Assembly: GCA_038208295.1 (NCBI GenBank)
Contig: JBBQYX010000010.1
Span: 1,818-65,817 of the forward strand
Length of the DNA stretch: 64,000 nt
DNA from: Candidatus Nanopelagicales bacterium
GTDB lineage: Bacteria > Actinomycetota > Actinomycetes > S36-B12 > JBBQYX01
Direction of reading: 5' to 3'
Shown here: positions 39,648-49,514 of the stretch, in pieces
Layout: each line of letters starts with the position of its first letter
Position numbering within the stretch: position 1 is the first letter of the stretch
The notes under the pieces: generated by a model
What the model was told of the DNA's origin: nothing
Seen by the model: only the letters and a program-made list of their open reading frames with translations
The model's database searches: none
Position numbers and translations under genes: made by a program

Positions 39648-39724
39648 CTCAGCGCTCGACGGTCACCTCAGCGAGCCGGCGCCGGTGACCTCAGCGCTCG
39701 ACGTTGACCTCAACGCTCGACGTT
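39648..39724. repeat. Direct repeats re-copying the 3' end and stop codon of the small ORF
   Basis: 19-bp gacctca(g/a)cgctcgacgtt x2 (39687-39705, 39706-39724) plus a related copy at 39648-39664. On the minus strand each reads (A/C)C-GTC-GAG-CG(T/C)-TGA. Confidence 0.85.
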
Positions 39725-39859
39725 GAAACGGGTGACCACGAGCAGCAGCAGCAACAGCCCGGCCAGCGTGAACGCGCCGAACAGCCACTTCGACGGCGGC
39801 GCGGCCTCGGTGGCACTGGCGCCCTCTGCGACCCAGACGGCAATGGCGGACAGGCTCAT
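39710..39859 (-). CDS. Small (49-aa) predicted membrane protein, absent from the ORF track
   Basis: ATG preceded by GAGGGA. Translation MSLSAIAVWVAEGASATEAAPPSKWLFGAFTLAGLLLLLLVVTRFNVER. About 90% G/C at third codon positions. One C-terminal TM helix. Confidence 0.45.
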   Translation of the reverse strand: MSLSAIAVWVAEGASATEAAPPSKWLFGAFTLAGLLLLLLVVTRFNVER

Positions 39860-39898
39860 GGTGGTCCCTCGCAGGTCGACGTGGGTCGGGGCGGTAAT

Positions 39899-39946
39899 GC
39901 AATTCTCAGTGCAATTCTTAGTGCAATTCTCAGGGCAATTCTTAGG
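39899..39946. repeat. 12-bp tandem repeat x4 (equivalently 24 bp x2), locally AT-rich
   Basis: gcaattctcagt gcaattcttagt gcaattctcagg gcaattcttagg. It lies between the proA stop and the small-ORF start. Confidence 0.95.
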
Positions 39947-39982
39947 GCCCGTGTGCCCCCCGACGGCGAGCCTAGCGGCGAC

Positions 39983-41254
39983 TCACGCGCGGATGTGGCC
40001 GTCGCCGGTGACGACATAGGTCGTGGTGGTCAGTTCGGCCAACCCCATGGGACCGCGGGCGTGCAATTTCTGGGTGGAGATGCCGATCTCGGCGCCGTAA
40101 CCGAACTCCCCCCCGTCGGTGAACCGGGTCGACGCATTGATCATGATGGCTGCGGCGTCGACACCGGCGACGAACCGCTGCGCGGCGGACTGGGAGTCGG
40201 TGAGGATCGCCTCGGTGTGCCCGCTGGACCATTGCCGGATGTGCTGAATCGCCTCGTCGATGCTGTCCACGATGCCAGCCGCCAGATCCAAGGAGAGGTA
40301 TTCCCGACCCCAGTCGTCGTCGGTTGCCGGGGAGAAGTCGATTCCCACGGCGGCGGCGTACGGCTGCATCCGCTGGTCCCCGTGCAGATGAACACCCTTG
40401 TCCTGCAGCGCCTTCAACACCATCGGCAAAAACTCCTCGGCGATGCCGGTGTGCACGAGGAGGGTTTCGGCGGCATTGCACACACTGACCCGGTGCGTCT
40501 TGGCGTTCACGACGATCGCCACTGCCTTGTCGAGGTCGGCGGCGGCGTCGACGTACACGTGACAGTTCCCGACCCCGGTCTCGATGACCGGCACGGTCGA
40601 CCCCTCCACGACGCTGCGGATCAGTTCCGCCCCCCCGCGCGGGATAAGCACGTCCACGAGCCCCCGCGCGTTCATCAGGTGCGTCACGGACTCGTGGGTG
40701 GCACCGGGCACCAACTGAACCGCGTCGAGTGGGACCTCGGTATCGGCCAGCGCGGCCCTGATCACCTCGACCAGCGCGATGTTGGAGGACAGCGCCGAGG
40801 ACGACCCGCGAAGCAGAGCGGCGTTGCCGCTCTTCAGGCACAGTGCCGCCGCATCGACGGTGACGTTCGGCCGCGCCTCGTAGACCATCCCGACAACGCC
40901 GAGAGGCACGCGTACCTGCCGCACCTGCAGACCGTTTGGCAGGGTGCCACCACGTACGACCTCACCGCACGGGTCGGGCAGGTCGGCGACCTCCCGGACG
41001 GCCTGGGCGATGGCAGCTAGCCGGGGCGGTGTCAGCGTCAACCGGTCGATGATCCCCGCAGGGGTCCCCGCTGTGGTGGCGCGTTCGATGTCGAGGGCGT
41101 TGGCGGCCATGATCGACTCGGTCTGCGCGTCCAGAGCGTCGGCAATGACCCGCAGCGCGGCGTCCTTTGCGGCCCTGGTCATCGACCGCAGGTCGGTCGC
41201 GGCGGCGCGCGCCCGGGTCGCCGCGGCCCGGACCTCGGTGCGTGCGTCGGTCAT
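39983..41254 (-). CDS. proA: Glutamate-5-semialdehyde dehydrogenase
   Basis: 423 aa with '[11 protein letters not shown]' catalytic-Cys region. Confidence 0.93.
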   Translation of the reverse strand: MTDARTEVRAAATRARAAATDLRSMTRAAKDAALRVIADALDAQTESIMAANALDIERATTAGTPAGIIDRLTLTPPRLAAIAQAVREVADLPDPCGEVVRGGTLPNGLQVRQVRVPLGVVGMVYEARPNVTVDAAALCLKSGNAALLRGSSSALSSNIALVEVIRAALADTEVPLDAVQLVPGATHESVTHLMNARGLVDVLIPRGGAELIRSVVEGSTVPVIETGVGNCHVYVDAAADLDKAVAIVVNAKTHRVSVCNAAETLLVHTGIAEEFLPMVLKALQDKGVHLHGDQRMQPYAAAVGIDFSPATDDDWGREYLSLDLAAGIVDSIDEAIQHIRQWSSGHTEAILTDSQSAAQRFVAGVDAAAIMINASTRFTDGGEFGYGAEIGISTQKLHARGPMGLAELTTTTYVVTGDGHIRA

Positions 41255-41301
41255 GCGCGCAGGGTACGCAGGTTCGCGGGCGCGGCGACCGCCTGCCGCC
41301 C

Positions 41302-41377
41302 AACGGTGCCGACGTCAACGGTTCCCACGTAGAACGGTGCCAACGTCACAACGGTGCCAATTTCAAAACGGTGCCAA
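41302..41377. repeat. Five direct repeats of AACGGTGCCAA (minus strand TTGGCACCGTT) at 15-17 bp spacing
   Basis: Copies start at 41302 (…ccga), 41317 (…ttccca), 41333, 41350 and 41367. The last three are perfect. The array lies 48-123 nt upstream of the proA ATG. Confidence 0.9.
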
Positions 41378-41743
41378 TGCGCCGGCCGCTGCCAGTGCAG
41401 GCGCCACGACCAGCCCCCGGCGCCGGAACGTCTCCCGGTCGATGACCTCCACCCCCACGACTCGCCACTGGGGGAGCCCTGCGCTGCCGCGGTGCTCTTC
41501 CCACAGCCGCAACGCCAGATCGGTGATCACCCAGGCGTCGGCGGCCTCCTCCCAGTAGCGCACCTCGGCCCGGTCCGAGGCGTAGCGACCGGCCAACAGG
41601 AACGGGTGCTCATCGGCCAGCCGTTCCAGCCCAGCCCGGATCTCGGCCACCGGCACGGGTGGCCCCGACACGGTGACGGTGACGTGCCACAGCAGGGCAG
41701 CAGCAGCTTGGTCCGGGGGCGCGGATGCGTCCTCGATCGCCAC
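41363..41743 (-). CDS. Hypothetical protein (~126 aa)
   Basis: GTG 41743 preceded by GGGAGGG. High G/C at third positions. The globular-looking sequence '...LLWHVTVTVSGPPVPVAEIRAGLERLADEHPFLLAGRY...' matched no family I recognise. Confidence 0.5.
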   Translation of the reverse strand: MAIEDASAPPDQAAAALLWHVTVTVSGPPVPVAEIRAGLERLADEHPFLLAGRYASDRAEVRYWEEAADAWVITDLALRLWEEHRGSAGLPQWRVVGVEVIDRETFRRRGLVVAPALAAAGALAPF

Positions 41744-41783
41744 AAACCCTCCCAGCGGGGAACTGAGCGGCCCGGCGGGCTGA

Positions 41784-42962
41784 TCAGCGGTGCAACAGGA
41801 CCAGGTCGTCGCGGTGCACGACTTCCCGTTCGTACGCCGGCCCGAGCTCCCGGGCCAGGTCGCGGGTGGAGCGCCCCAGCAGCCCGGGCAGTTCGGCCGC
41901 AGCAAAGTTGACCAGCCCACGACCGATGGTGTCCCCGTTTTCGTCCAGAAGGTCCACCGGGTCCCCCACGTCGAAGGTGCCCTCGACCGCGACGATCCCG
42001 GCCGGGAGCAGGGAGAGCCGGCGGCGGACGACCGCGGTCACGGCGCCGGGGTCCAGGTGCAGCCGGCCCCGCGGGGTGGATGCGTGCGCCAGCCAGAGCA
42101 GCCGGCTGCGGACCCGAGGCGCGGTGGCGGTGAAATAGGTCCCGACGGGCACTCCGGCCATCGCCGGGGCGGCCCGGGCAGCCGAGGTGAGGACCACCGG
42201 GATGCCCGCGCCGGTGGCGATCCGCGCCGCCTCGACCTTGGTGGTCATACCCCCCGAGCCCACACCTGATCTCGTGCCGCGCACCTGTAACCCGGCCAGG
42301 TCCGCGGCCGAGGTGACCTCCGGCACCAGCCGGGCGCCTGGACGCCCGGGCGGGCCGTCGTAGAGCCCGTCCACGTCCGAGAGCAGCACCAGCGCATCCG
42401 CCTGGATCAGGTGGGCGACCAGGGCCGCGAGCCGGTCGTTGTCCCCGAACCGGATCTCATCGGTGGCGACCGTGTCGTTCTCGTTGACCACCGGGACGAC
42501 GCCGAGTTCCAGCAGCCGCTCCAGGGTGCGCTGGGCATTGCGGTAATGCGCCCGTCGGGTGACGTCCTCGTTGGTCAGCAGCACCTGTCCGACCGTGATA
42601 CCGGCGCGGGCGAATGCCTGCGTGTAGCGCGCAACCAGCACGCCCTGCCCGATGCTCGCGGCGGCCTGCTGGGTGGCCAAGTCACGGGGCCGCCGGGTCA
42701 GGCCCAACGGCTGCATCCCGCTGGCGATCGCACCGCTGGAGACCAGGACGACCTGGCACCCCGCCACCCGGCGCGCAGACACGGCGTCCACCAGGGCGTC
42801 CAACGGGCCGGTCGCCAGCCCACCGCCGCGTTGGGTCAACGAGGAGGAGCCCACCTTGACCACCAGCCGCCGGGCGGCCGCGATCGTCGGTCGTAAGTCG
42901 CCTGGTCCTGCGGCGGACAGCAGGACCGGATCGGGTACGGAGGTGCCGGGCGCTGGACTCAT
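41784..42962 (-). CDS. proB: Glutamate 5-kinase
   Basis: '[10 protein letters not shown]' N-terminus, amino-acid kinase fold and a C-terminal PUA domain. The ATG overlaps the obg stop (ATGA). Confidence 0.93.
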   Translation of the reverse strand: MSPAPGTSVPDPVLLSAAGPGDLRPTIAAARRLVVKVGSSSLTQRGGGLATGPLDALVDAVSARRVAGCQVVLVSSGAIASGMQPLGLTRRPRDLATQQAAASIGQGVLVARYTQAFARAGITVGQVLLTNEDVTRRAHYRNAQRTLERLLELGVVPVVNENDTVATDEIRFGDNDRLAALVAHLIQADALVLLSDVDGLYDGPPGRPGARLVPEVTSAADLAGLQVRGTRSGVGSGGMTTKVEAARIATGAGIPVVLTSAARAAPAMAGVPVGTYFTATAPRVRSRLLWLAHASTPRGRLHLDPGAVTAVVRRRLSLLPAGIVAVEGTFDVGDPVDLLDENGDTIGRGLVNFAAAELPGLLGRSTRDLARELGPAYEREVVHRDDLVLLHR

Positions 42963-44314
42963 CGCCCGTCCAGGCGTTCATCGGTCCCCCGGGGGCCGTG
43001 CGCGGCCTGGGCGCCGGCGGCAATGGTGGGTTCCCAGTCGAATACGACCGCGTTGTCCTCCGGCCCGATCAGCACGGTCGCCCCGGCCCGGGCGCCGTTG
43101 CGCAGCAGCTCCGTCTCCACGCCCAGCCGGGCCAACCGGTCGCCCAGATACCCCACGGCCTCGTCGTTGCTGAAATCGGTCTGGCGGACCCAGCGTTCCG
43201 GCCGGACACCGCGTACCCGGAACCCCTCGGCCTCCTCGGTCACGGTGAAACCGGTGTCGTCCACGGCGACGGGTGTGATGACCACCCGGGGCGCTTCGCC
43301 GGGATCCGCAGCGACCCGCGCGGCGAGAACCCGCTCGGCCATAGCAAACGTCAAGGGCCGCAGCCCTTCCCGCGACACCGCGGAGATGGCGAACACCTCC
43401 AGGCCGCGTGCGGTGAGGTCGGCAGTCACGAGTTCGGCGAGTTCCCGCGCCTCCGGCACATCGATCTTGTTCAGCGCCACCAGCCGGGGCCGGTCCGCCA
43501 GCCCGCCGTACGCCAGCAGCTCGGCCTCGATCACGTCGAGGTCGGTCAACGGGTCCCGGCCGGGTTCCAGGGTTGCGCAGTCCAGGACGTGCACGAGGAC
43601 GCTGCAGCGTTCGACGTGCCGCAGGAACTCCAGACCCAGGCCCTTGCCAGCGCTCGCCCCGGGGATGAGGCCGGGCACGTCGGCCACCGTGAACACGTTC
43701 TCTCCGGCCGTCACCACGCCCAGGTGCGGGATCAGCGTCGTGAATGGGTAGTCAGCGATCTTCGGTCGAGCCGCCGAAAGAGCTGCGACCAGGCTGGACT
43801 TGCCGGCGCTGGGGAAACCCACCAGGGCGACATCGGCGACGGACTTCAGCTCCAGGACGACCTCGCGTGCCTCCCCCGGCTCACCGAGCAGCGCGAACCC
43901 GGGGGCTCGGCGCCGCGGCGAGGCCAGCGCCGCGTTGCCCAGGCCACCGCGCCCACCGCGGGCCGCCACGAACCGCTGCCCGGCCGCGACCAGGTCCGCC
44001 AGCAGCGAGCCGTCCGTAGCCGTGACGACCGTCCCTGGCGGGACGGCGAGGGTCAGGTCGGCCCCGTTCGCACCGGCGCGGTCGTCCCCCTGGCCGGGCG
44101 CCCCGTTACCCGCCCGCCGATGCGGCCCATGGTGGAAGGCCAGCAAGGTGGTGGTACTCGGGTCGACGACCATCACCACGTCGCCGCCGTGACCGCCATT
44201 GCCACCGTCGGGGCCACCGAGCGGCTTGAACTTCTCCCGGCGCACCGAGGCGCAGCCGTGTCCACCGTTACCGGCGCCCAGGTGCAGCGCGACCCGGTCC
44301 ACGAATGTCGCCAT
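42959..44314 (-). CDS. obg: GTPase Obg/CgtA
   Basis: '[20 protein letters not shown]...[12 protein letters not shown]', G1 '[10 protein letters not shown]' and 'ADVPGLI'. ATG 44314 checked. Confidence 0.95.
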   Translation of the reverse strand: MATFVDRVALHLGAGNGGHGCASVRREKFKPLGGPDGGNGGHGGDVVMVVDPSTTTLLAFHHGPHRRAGNGAPGQGDDRAGANGADLTLAVPPGTVVTATDGSLLADLVAAGQRFVAARGGRGGLGNAALASPRRRAPGFALLGEPGEAREVVLELKSVADVALVGFPSAGKSSLVAALSAARPKIADYPFTTLIPHLGVVTAGENVFTVADVPGLIPGASAGKGLGLEFLRHVERCSVLVHVLDCATLEPGRDPLTDLDVIEAELLAYGGLADRPRLVALNKIDVPEARELAELVTADLTARGLEVFAISAVSREGLRPLTFAMAERVLAARVAADPGEAPRVVITPVAVDDTGFTVTEEAEGFRVRGVRPERWVRQTDFSNDEAVGYLGDRLARLGVETELLRNGARAGATVLIGPEDNAVVFDWEPTIAAGAQAAHGPRGTDERLDGR

Positions 44315-44435
44315 CAGGTCCTCCTGCTCACCGGGGCGACGCTCGCACCCGGTCCCGTACGCCTTCCCCCGCTGTGCCGCGGCGTCCCGCGGCGTCCCGC
44401 ACAGGCAACAGCGACGACGGGCGTCTCGACAACGA

Positions 44436-44465
44436 CGAAGGCGGGCCCGGAAGGGCCCGCCTTCG
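44436..44465 (-). terminator. Strong hairpin downstream of rpmA
   Basis: cgaaggcgggccc-ggaa-gggcccgccttcg. Perfect 13-bp stem, 49 nt after the rpmA stop. Weak U-tract. Confidence 0.65.
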
Positions 44466-44513
44466 TCCTGCCTGCACCGACCGCGTGCCTGCCACCCGAA
44501 GTGGCAGCAGCGC

Positions 44514-44768
44514 TCAGACGCCGGCGACGATGTTGACGACCCGGCGGCCGCGGTGGGTACCGAACTCCACGGCCCCGGGCGCCAGCGCGAACAGCGTGTC
44601 GTCCTTACCCCGTCCGACGTTCGACCCGGGGTGGAAGTGGGTGCCGTTCTGCCGCACGATGATCTCGCCGGCGTTGACGACCTGGCCCCCGAACCGCTTG
44701 ACACCATTGCGCTGGGCGTTGCTGTCACGTCCGTTCTTGGAGCTGGACGCACCCTTCTTATGAGCCAT
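44514..44768 (-). CDS. rpmA: 50S ribosomal protein L27
   Basis: '[29 protein letters not shown]'. Confidence 0.95.
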   Translation of the reverse strand: MAHKKGASSSKNGRDSNAQRNGVKRFGGQVVNAGEIIVRQNGTHFHPGSNVGRGKDDTLFALAPGAVEFGTHRGRRVVNIVAGV

Positions 44769-44774
44769 GTCGGA

Positions 44775-45089
44775 TCACTTCCCCGTCTCGATGGCCGTGA
44801 CTCGCAACTTGGTCAGCGCCTGGCGGTGACCCATACGACGGCGGTAGCCGGTCTTGTTCTTGTACTTCAGGATGTCGATCTTGGGGCCCTTGGTGTGAGC
44901 CAGGACCTCGGCGGTCACAGTCACTCCGGACAGGGCGGACGGCTCACTGGTGACGGTGGAGCCGTCCACCACGAGCAGGGCGGGCAACTCGACGGAGTCG
45001 CCGGGCCCACCGTGGAAACGGTTGAACTCGACTACGTCGCCGACGGCGACCTTCTCCTGCCGGCCGCCGGCGCGGACGATCGCGTACAC
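44775..45089 (-). CDS. rplU: 50S ribosomal protein L21
   Basis: '[19 protein letters not shown]...[16 protein letters not shown]'. GTG 45089 preceded by GAGGAG. Confidence 0.9.
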   Translation of the reverse strand: MYAIVRAGGRQEKVAVGDVVEFNRFHGGPGDSVELPALLVVDGSTVTSEPSALSGVTVTAEVLAHTKGPKIDILKYKNKTGYRRRMGHRQALTKLRVTAIETGK

Positions 45090-45247
45090 CGGGCCATCTC
45101 CTCGGGATCGAACGAACTCGGGTTCTAACCAGACACCAGCCGAGGACAACCACGGCAGATCCGGCATGGTGAGCACGCCGGGGTCCGGGTGCGCTGGGCA
45201 CCGAGGGGACAGGGTACGCCACCCCCCGGTGTTCGGGTCAAACGCGC

Positions 45248-48200
45248 TCAGGGGGTGGGCGCGAAGGCCTCCTCGACGGGCACGCCTTCGTCGACTTCGT
45301 CGACGCGCACTGCCTCCTCGACGGGCACTGCTTCCTCGACGGGCACTGCCTCGTCAACGGGGGCTGCCTCCTCGACGGACTCGCCGGCTGGCTCAACCGT
45401 TGCCGTCGACTCCGGATCAGCCACGTCGATGACCTCGTCGGTAGACCCATCGTCCTCCCCTGCAGGCTTGACAGCGCGGGCCAGGAACTCGGCTGGGTCG
45501 TGCTTACCGGCCGGTGGCTTGGTCAGCTCCTTGACCAGCGGATCGCGTGTGTGCGCCCGGGACTCACCCGTCGAAGCCTCCGCGGCCGCGGCCTTCCCGC
45601 GGCGGCGCTTGCCGCCCAGGGCTGCCGATACCGGCTGATCGGGGGTCTCGGCCGGGGTCGAGGCGCCGACCGGATCGGCCTGGATGAGAACACCGCGGCC
45701 GTGGCAGTTCGGGCAGCTCTCACTGAACACCTCCAGCAGACCCTGACCGATGCGCTTGCGGGTCATCTGGACCAGACCCAGCGAGGTGACCTCGGCGACC
45801 TGGTGCTTGGTGCGGTCGCGGCCCAGGCACTCGGTCAGCCGTCGGAGGACCAGATCCCGGTTGCTCTCCAGCACCATGTCAATGAAGTCGATGACGATGA
45901 TGCCGCCGATGTCCCGCAGCCGCAGCTGCCGGACGATTTCCTCGGCCGCCTCGAGATTGTTGCGCGTGACGGTCTCCTCGAGGTTGCCGCCCTGTCCGGT
46001 GAACTTCCCGGTATTCACGTCGACAACCGTCATTGCCTCCGTACGGTCGATGACCAAAGACCCCCCGGACGGCAGCCACACCTTGCGGTCCATGGCTTTC
46101 AGGAGTTGCTCGTCTATCCGGTGGGCCGAGAACACGTCGGCGGGTTCGACCCACTTGTGCAGCCGCTCGGCGAGGTCGGGGGCGACGTTGGTGACATATT
46201 CCTGAATCGTGTCCCATGCCTGCTCACCGGAGGAGATCACGGAAGTGAAGTCTCCGTTGAACACGTCGCGGACGACCTTCACCGTGAGATCGGGCTCGCC
46301 GTAGAGCAACGCGGGCGCGCTTGCCGATTTCGACTTCTTGACAATGTCGTCCCACTGCTCGCTCAGCCTGCCGACGTCACCGGCGAGTTCTTCCTCGCTG
46401 GCACCCTCCGCAGCCGTACGGACAATCACCCCGGCGTGCTCCGGAACCACCTTGCGCAGCACCGACTTCAGTCGGGACCGTTCGGTGTCGGGGAGTTTCC
46501 GGCTGATTCCCGTCATGGATCCATCGGGGACGAACACCAGGTAGCGACCGGGCAGGGAAATCTGACTGGTAAGTCGGGCGCCCTTGTGCCCCATGGGTTC
46601 CTTGGTCACCTGGACTAGGACCGCATCACCGGACTTCAACGCGAACTCGATCCGGCGGGGCTGCCCGTCCAGGCCGGCGGCATCCCAATTGACCTCACCG
46701 GCATACAGCACGGCGTTGCGACCGCGCCCGATGTCGACGAAGGCCGCTTCCATGCTGGGCAGGACGTTCTGGACCCTACCCAAATAGACGTTCCCGATCA
46801 TCGACGACGATGCACCCTGATTGACGTAATGCTCGACCAGAACCCCGTCCTCGAGGACGCCGATCTGCGTGCGGTCGCCGTGCTGGCGCACGACCATGAC
46901 TCGGTCGACGGATTCGCGGCGGGCCAGGAACTCGGCCTCGGTCAGGATGGGCACCCGGCGACGGCCGGCATCGCGGCCCTCACGGCGGCGCTGCCGCTTG
47001 GCTTCCAGCCGGGTCGACCCGCGCAGACCGGTGACGTCGTCCGATCCGGCACGGTCCGCGGCCTTCGACCGTGGGCTGCGGACCTTGACCACGGTGTTCG
47101 GCGGGTCATCGGCGGCAGGGGCGTCGCCGTCCGCGGCGCTGCCCCGACGGCGGCGCCGACGCCGGCGGGTAGTCCCGGTGGACTCGTCCCCTTCGCCGTC
47201 GCCATCGCCGGCATCGTCCCCGCCATCGGTCGCGGCTGCAGCGGCACTCGACGTCTCTTCCGGCGCGGAGTCGGTCGGCTGGGTCCCCTCAGCGGACCCG
47301 GGCCCGGTTTCACCCTCGGGCGTACCGGGCTGGCCCTCACCGTCGCCCGACTTGCGTTTGCGCCCGCGGCCGCCGCGACGACGACGGCGGCGCGCTGAAC
47401 CGCCGGAGCCGTCCTCATCAGCGGAATCGGCCTCCGCCGGGTCGAGGTCGGCAGCAGCCGAGTCGTCGCCCTCGTCGACGCCATCTTCGGTCGGTTCCGG
47501 CGCGGCGAAGGCAAGATCCACGCTGTCGGTGGCGGTGGATCGGGAGCCAGTCACACGATCTTCGGCGTCCACGGGCGCCTGGAACAACGGCACGACGGCC
47601 GCCCGCCGACGGGATCGCCGAGAGCGCGCCACATCCTCCTCGACGACGTCTGAAACTGCCGCGTCGGTCTCGGGCGCAGCGTCTGCCTTATCGGGAGCGG
47701 CGCTGTCGGGAGTGGCGCTGTCGGGAGTGGCGCTGGCACGCGTGCGACGAGTCCGGGTCCGTCGCGTCGGCGTCCCCGACTCCTCGGTCGCCGCCGGGGC
47801 AGCCTGATCCGCTCCCGGTTCCCCATCGGGTGCCTGCTCGGCGGTGGTGCCCGGCTCCTCGTTCGGCGTCGTACGGGCGGCGCGGGTGGCCCGGCTGCGC
47901 GTGCGCCGGGGGGCGGTCTGCGGTGCGGAATCCTCATCAGCCGGACCCGGGACCGGCGCCTGCTGGTCGGTCTCGTTCGGTGCCTGTTCGTTGGCTGCCG
48001 GGGCGGTGGGTGCCGCTGCGGCGGGCTCGAGCGCCTCCGATTCGCTTGCCGCGGCCTTGGTCGTACGCGGCGCGCGGGTCCGGCGCTGCCGCGGTGCCTT
48101 GACCCCGCTGGCTTCGGACGGTTCCGCACCGCTGGACTCAGGCGGCTCCGCGCCGGTCGGCTCGGACGCCGCGTCGGGTTCAGCCGACACGTCGGCGGGG

Positions 48201-48535
48201 ACGGTGGCCGCATCAATGGCCGGCTCCGCCGCCTTGGCCCGGCTCCGCCGGGTCCGCGGCGCCTTCGGCGCGGGCGCGGCCTCAGCGGCGTTGGCAGCGT
48301 TATCAGCGTTATCAGCGCTGCCGGCGTTGTCAGCGTTGTCAGCGCTGTCAGCGCTGTCAGCGCTGCCAGTTTCGGCGCTGCCAGTTTCGTCGGTGGCAGG
48401 CGCAACCGGGGGTCCGGCCGGACGAGATGCGGCCCGGCGGCGGCGCGGCCGGGCGGGTTCGGCTGCGGCCGAAGAGCTTTCGGCCGCATCGGTGGTGTTC
48501 GAGGGGGTGTCGGCGGCGGGGTGCTCGTCGAGCAT
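45248..48535 (-). CDS. rne: Ribonuclease E (RNase E/G family) with long low-complexity N- and C-terminal arms
   Basis: Central S1 and catalytic core ('[21 protein letters not shown]...', '[11 protein letters not shown]', 'IIVIDFIDM', 'CPNCHGRG'). ATG 48535 preceded by AGGAG. Confidence 0.9.
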   Translation of the reverse strand: MLDEHPAADTPSNTTDAAESSSAAAEPARPRRRRAASRPAGPPVAPATDETGSAETGSADSADSADNADNAGSADNADNAANAAEAAPAPKAPRTRRSRAKAAEPAIDAATVPADVSAEPDAASEPTGAEPPESSGAEPSEASGVKAPRQRRTRAPRTTKAAASESEALEPAAAAPTAPAANEQAPNETDQQAPVPGPADEDSAPQTAPRRTRSRATRAARTTPNEEPGTTAEQAPDGEPGADQAAPAATEESGTPTRRTRTRRTRASATPDSATPDSAAPDKADAAPETDAAVSDVVEEDVARSRRSRRRAAVVPLFQAPVDAEDRVTGSRSTATDSVDLAFAAPEPTEDGVDEGDDSAAADLDPAEADSADEDGSGGSARRRRRRGGRGRKRKSGDGEGQPGTPEGETGPGSAEGTQPTDSAPEETSSAAAAATDGGDDAGDGDGEGDESTGTTRRRRRRRRGSAADGDAPAADDPPNTVVKVRSPRSKAADRAGSDDVTGLRGSTRLEAKRQRRREGRDAGRRRVPILTEAEFLARRESVDRVMVVRQHGDRTQIGVLEDGVLVEHYVNQGASSSMIGNVYLGRVQNVLPSMEAAFVDIGRGRNAVLYAGEVNWDAAGLDGQPRRIEFALKSGDAVLVQVTKEPMGHKGARLTSQISLPGRYLVFVPDGSMTGISRKLPDTERSRLKSVLRKVVPEHAGVIVRTAAEGASEEELAGDVGRLSEQWDDIVKKSKSASAPALLYGEPDLTVKVVRDVFNGDFTSVISSGEQAWDTIQEYVTNVAPDLAERLHKWVEPADVFSAHRIDEQLLKAMDRKVWLPSGGSLVIDRTEAMTVVDVNTGKFTGQGGNLEETVTRNNLEAAEEIVRQLRLRDIGGIIVIDFIDMVLESNRDLVLRRLTECLGRDRTKHQVAEVTSLGLVQMTRKRIGQGLLEVFSESCPNCHGRGVLIQADPVGASTPAETPDQPVSAALGGKRRRGKAAAAEASTGESRAHTRDPLVKELTKPPAGKHDPAEFLARAVKPAGEDDGSTDEVIDVADPESTATVEPAGESVEEAAPVDEAVPVEEAVPVEEAVRVDEVDEGVPVEEAFAPTP

Positions 48536-48658
48536 GATGCTCCTGTTCACCGCCCCCGGATGCCGGAGCACCGCGCGGGGACGTGTCGTCGCCGGTACGG
48601 GTGACCGCCCAGCGAAAGCCTGTGGGTGGTGCCTGGGGTCCCGAGATGCTCGCGGCCG

Positions 48659-49507
48659 TCAGGCGTCGACGGCGGCCTCACGATCGGCAGCGAGGGGATC
48701 CCCCACCGTCGACGCGTCCGCGGCCAGCGGCCCCTGCGCCAGCCGGGTCACCGAAGCCGGGACCGGCGGCGCGAGATCGGCCACCCGCCGCAGGGCGGCG
48801 AGGACGTCATCGGGTCGAACCGACGGTGTGTCATGCCGGACGACCAGGCCGAGTATCGCACAGGGTTGCTGCGCAACGGCGGACATCGGCCCTGCTGTCT
48901 GGGGCATCCGGCCAGCGTCATCGGGCAGTACGAGGGCGGAGCCGTCATCGGGCAGTACGAGGGCGGAGCCGTCATCAGGCAGCACGCGGGCGAAGGTCAC
49001 CGGCGTCCGGACGTCGACAGCGCGTGGCCCGGCCTTGGTCAGTCGCTCGACGGTCACGTCGTCCGCGGCCAGGAACATCTCCAGGGCCGCGGCGGCCCGC
49101 TCGGTCGAGACGCCGCGCAGGACGAACTCCCACTGGCTGGCCTCCAGCCGCGCCACGAAGTCCGGGGTTCGCGCGACCACCACCTCCAGCACGTCAAGCC
49201 CGGGGGGCAACGCCTCGTCCAGGGCTTGACACAGCGCCACCGGGTCGCAGGGCTGGGTCACGCCCAGTTCGACGTACTCCGCCTCGCTGGCCACCCCGGT
49301 GGGCACGGCATTCGCGTACGAGATCTTCGGGTGCGGGCTGAAACCGGCGCTGTACGCCATCGGGACACCCGCCCGGCGCACGGCACGTTCCAGCGCCCGC
49401 TGGAAGTCCCGGTGACTGGAGAACCGCAATCGGCCGCGTTTGGCATACCGAAAGCGCAGTCGCTGGACCAGCGGCGCCAAATTGCGCTCGGGGGGTTGTC
49501 GACTCAT
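48659..49507 (-). CDS. TIGR03936/DUF2344-like radical-SAM-associated protein
   Basis: 'RLRFRYAKRGRLRFSSHRDFQRALERAVRRAGVPMAYSAGFSPHPK'. It lies 8 nt downstream of the radical-SAM gene. Confidence 0.75.
   Translation of the reverse strand: MSRQPPERNLAPLVQRLRFRYAKRGRLRFSSHRDFQRALERAVRRAGVPMAYSAGFSPHPKISYANAVPTGVASEAEYVELGVTQPCDPVALCQALDEALPPGLDVLEVVVARTPDFVARLEASQWEFVLRGVSTERAAAALEMFLAADDVTVERLTKAGPRAVDVRTPVTFARVLPDDGSALVLPDDGSALVLPDDAGRMPQTAGPMSAVAQQPCAILGLVVRHDTPSVRPDDVLAALRRVADLAPPVPASVTRLAQGPLAADASTVGDPLAADREAAVDA
48917..48970. repeat. 27-bp perfect tandem duplication, in frame, plus a diverged third copy at 48971-48997
   Basis: gtcatcgggcagtacgagggcggagcc x2. Encodes (LPDDGSALV) x2. Confidence 0.95.
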
Positions 49508-49514
49508 CCAGAAC

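Noticed and set aside
39899-39946. Possible CRISPR-like array; the same question was asked of 41302-41377 and 9696-10006
   Set aside because: The units are 11-12 bp with no spacers, or are 46-69-bp duplications without a unique-spacer architecture. No cas genes are present in the window.
41302-41377. Sigma-54 (-24 TGGCAC) promoter elements or CIRCE-like half-sites in the TTGGCACCGTT repeats
   Set aside because: There is no -12 TTGC at the required spacing, and Actinobacteria are not known to encode RpoN. The repeats are direct rather than inverted, so they are not CIRCE.
44315-44752. 146-aa upstream extension of the obg ORF
   Set aside because: It runs through the rpmA coding region in another frame and across a strong terminator hairpin. 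Obg homology starts at MATFVDRV (ATG 44314).
47844-49229. 461-aa plus-strand ORF, plus other ORFs overlapping rne
   Set aside because: It is antisense to the rne N-terminal arm and to the DUF2344 gene. It consists of low-complexity repeats mirrored from the real frame.
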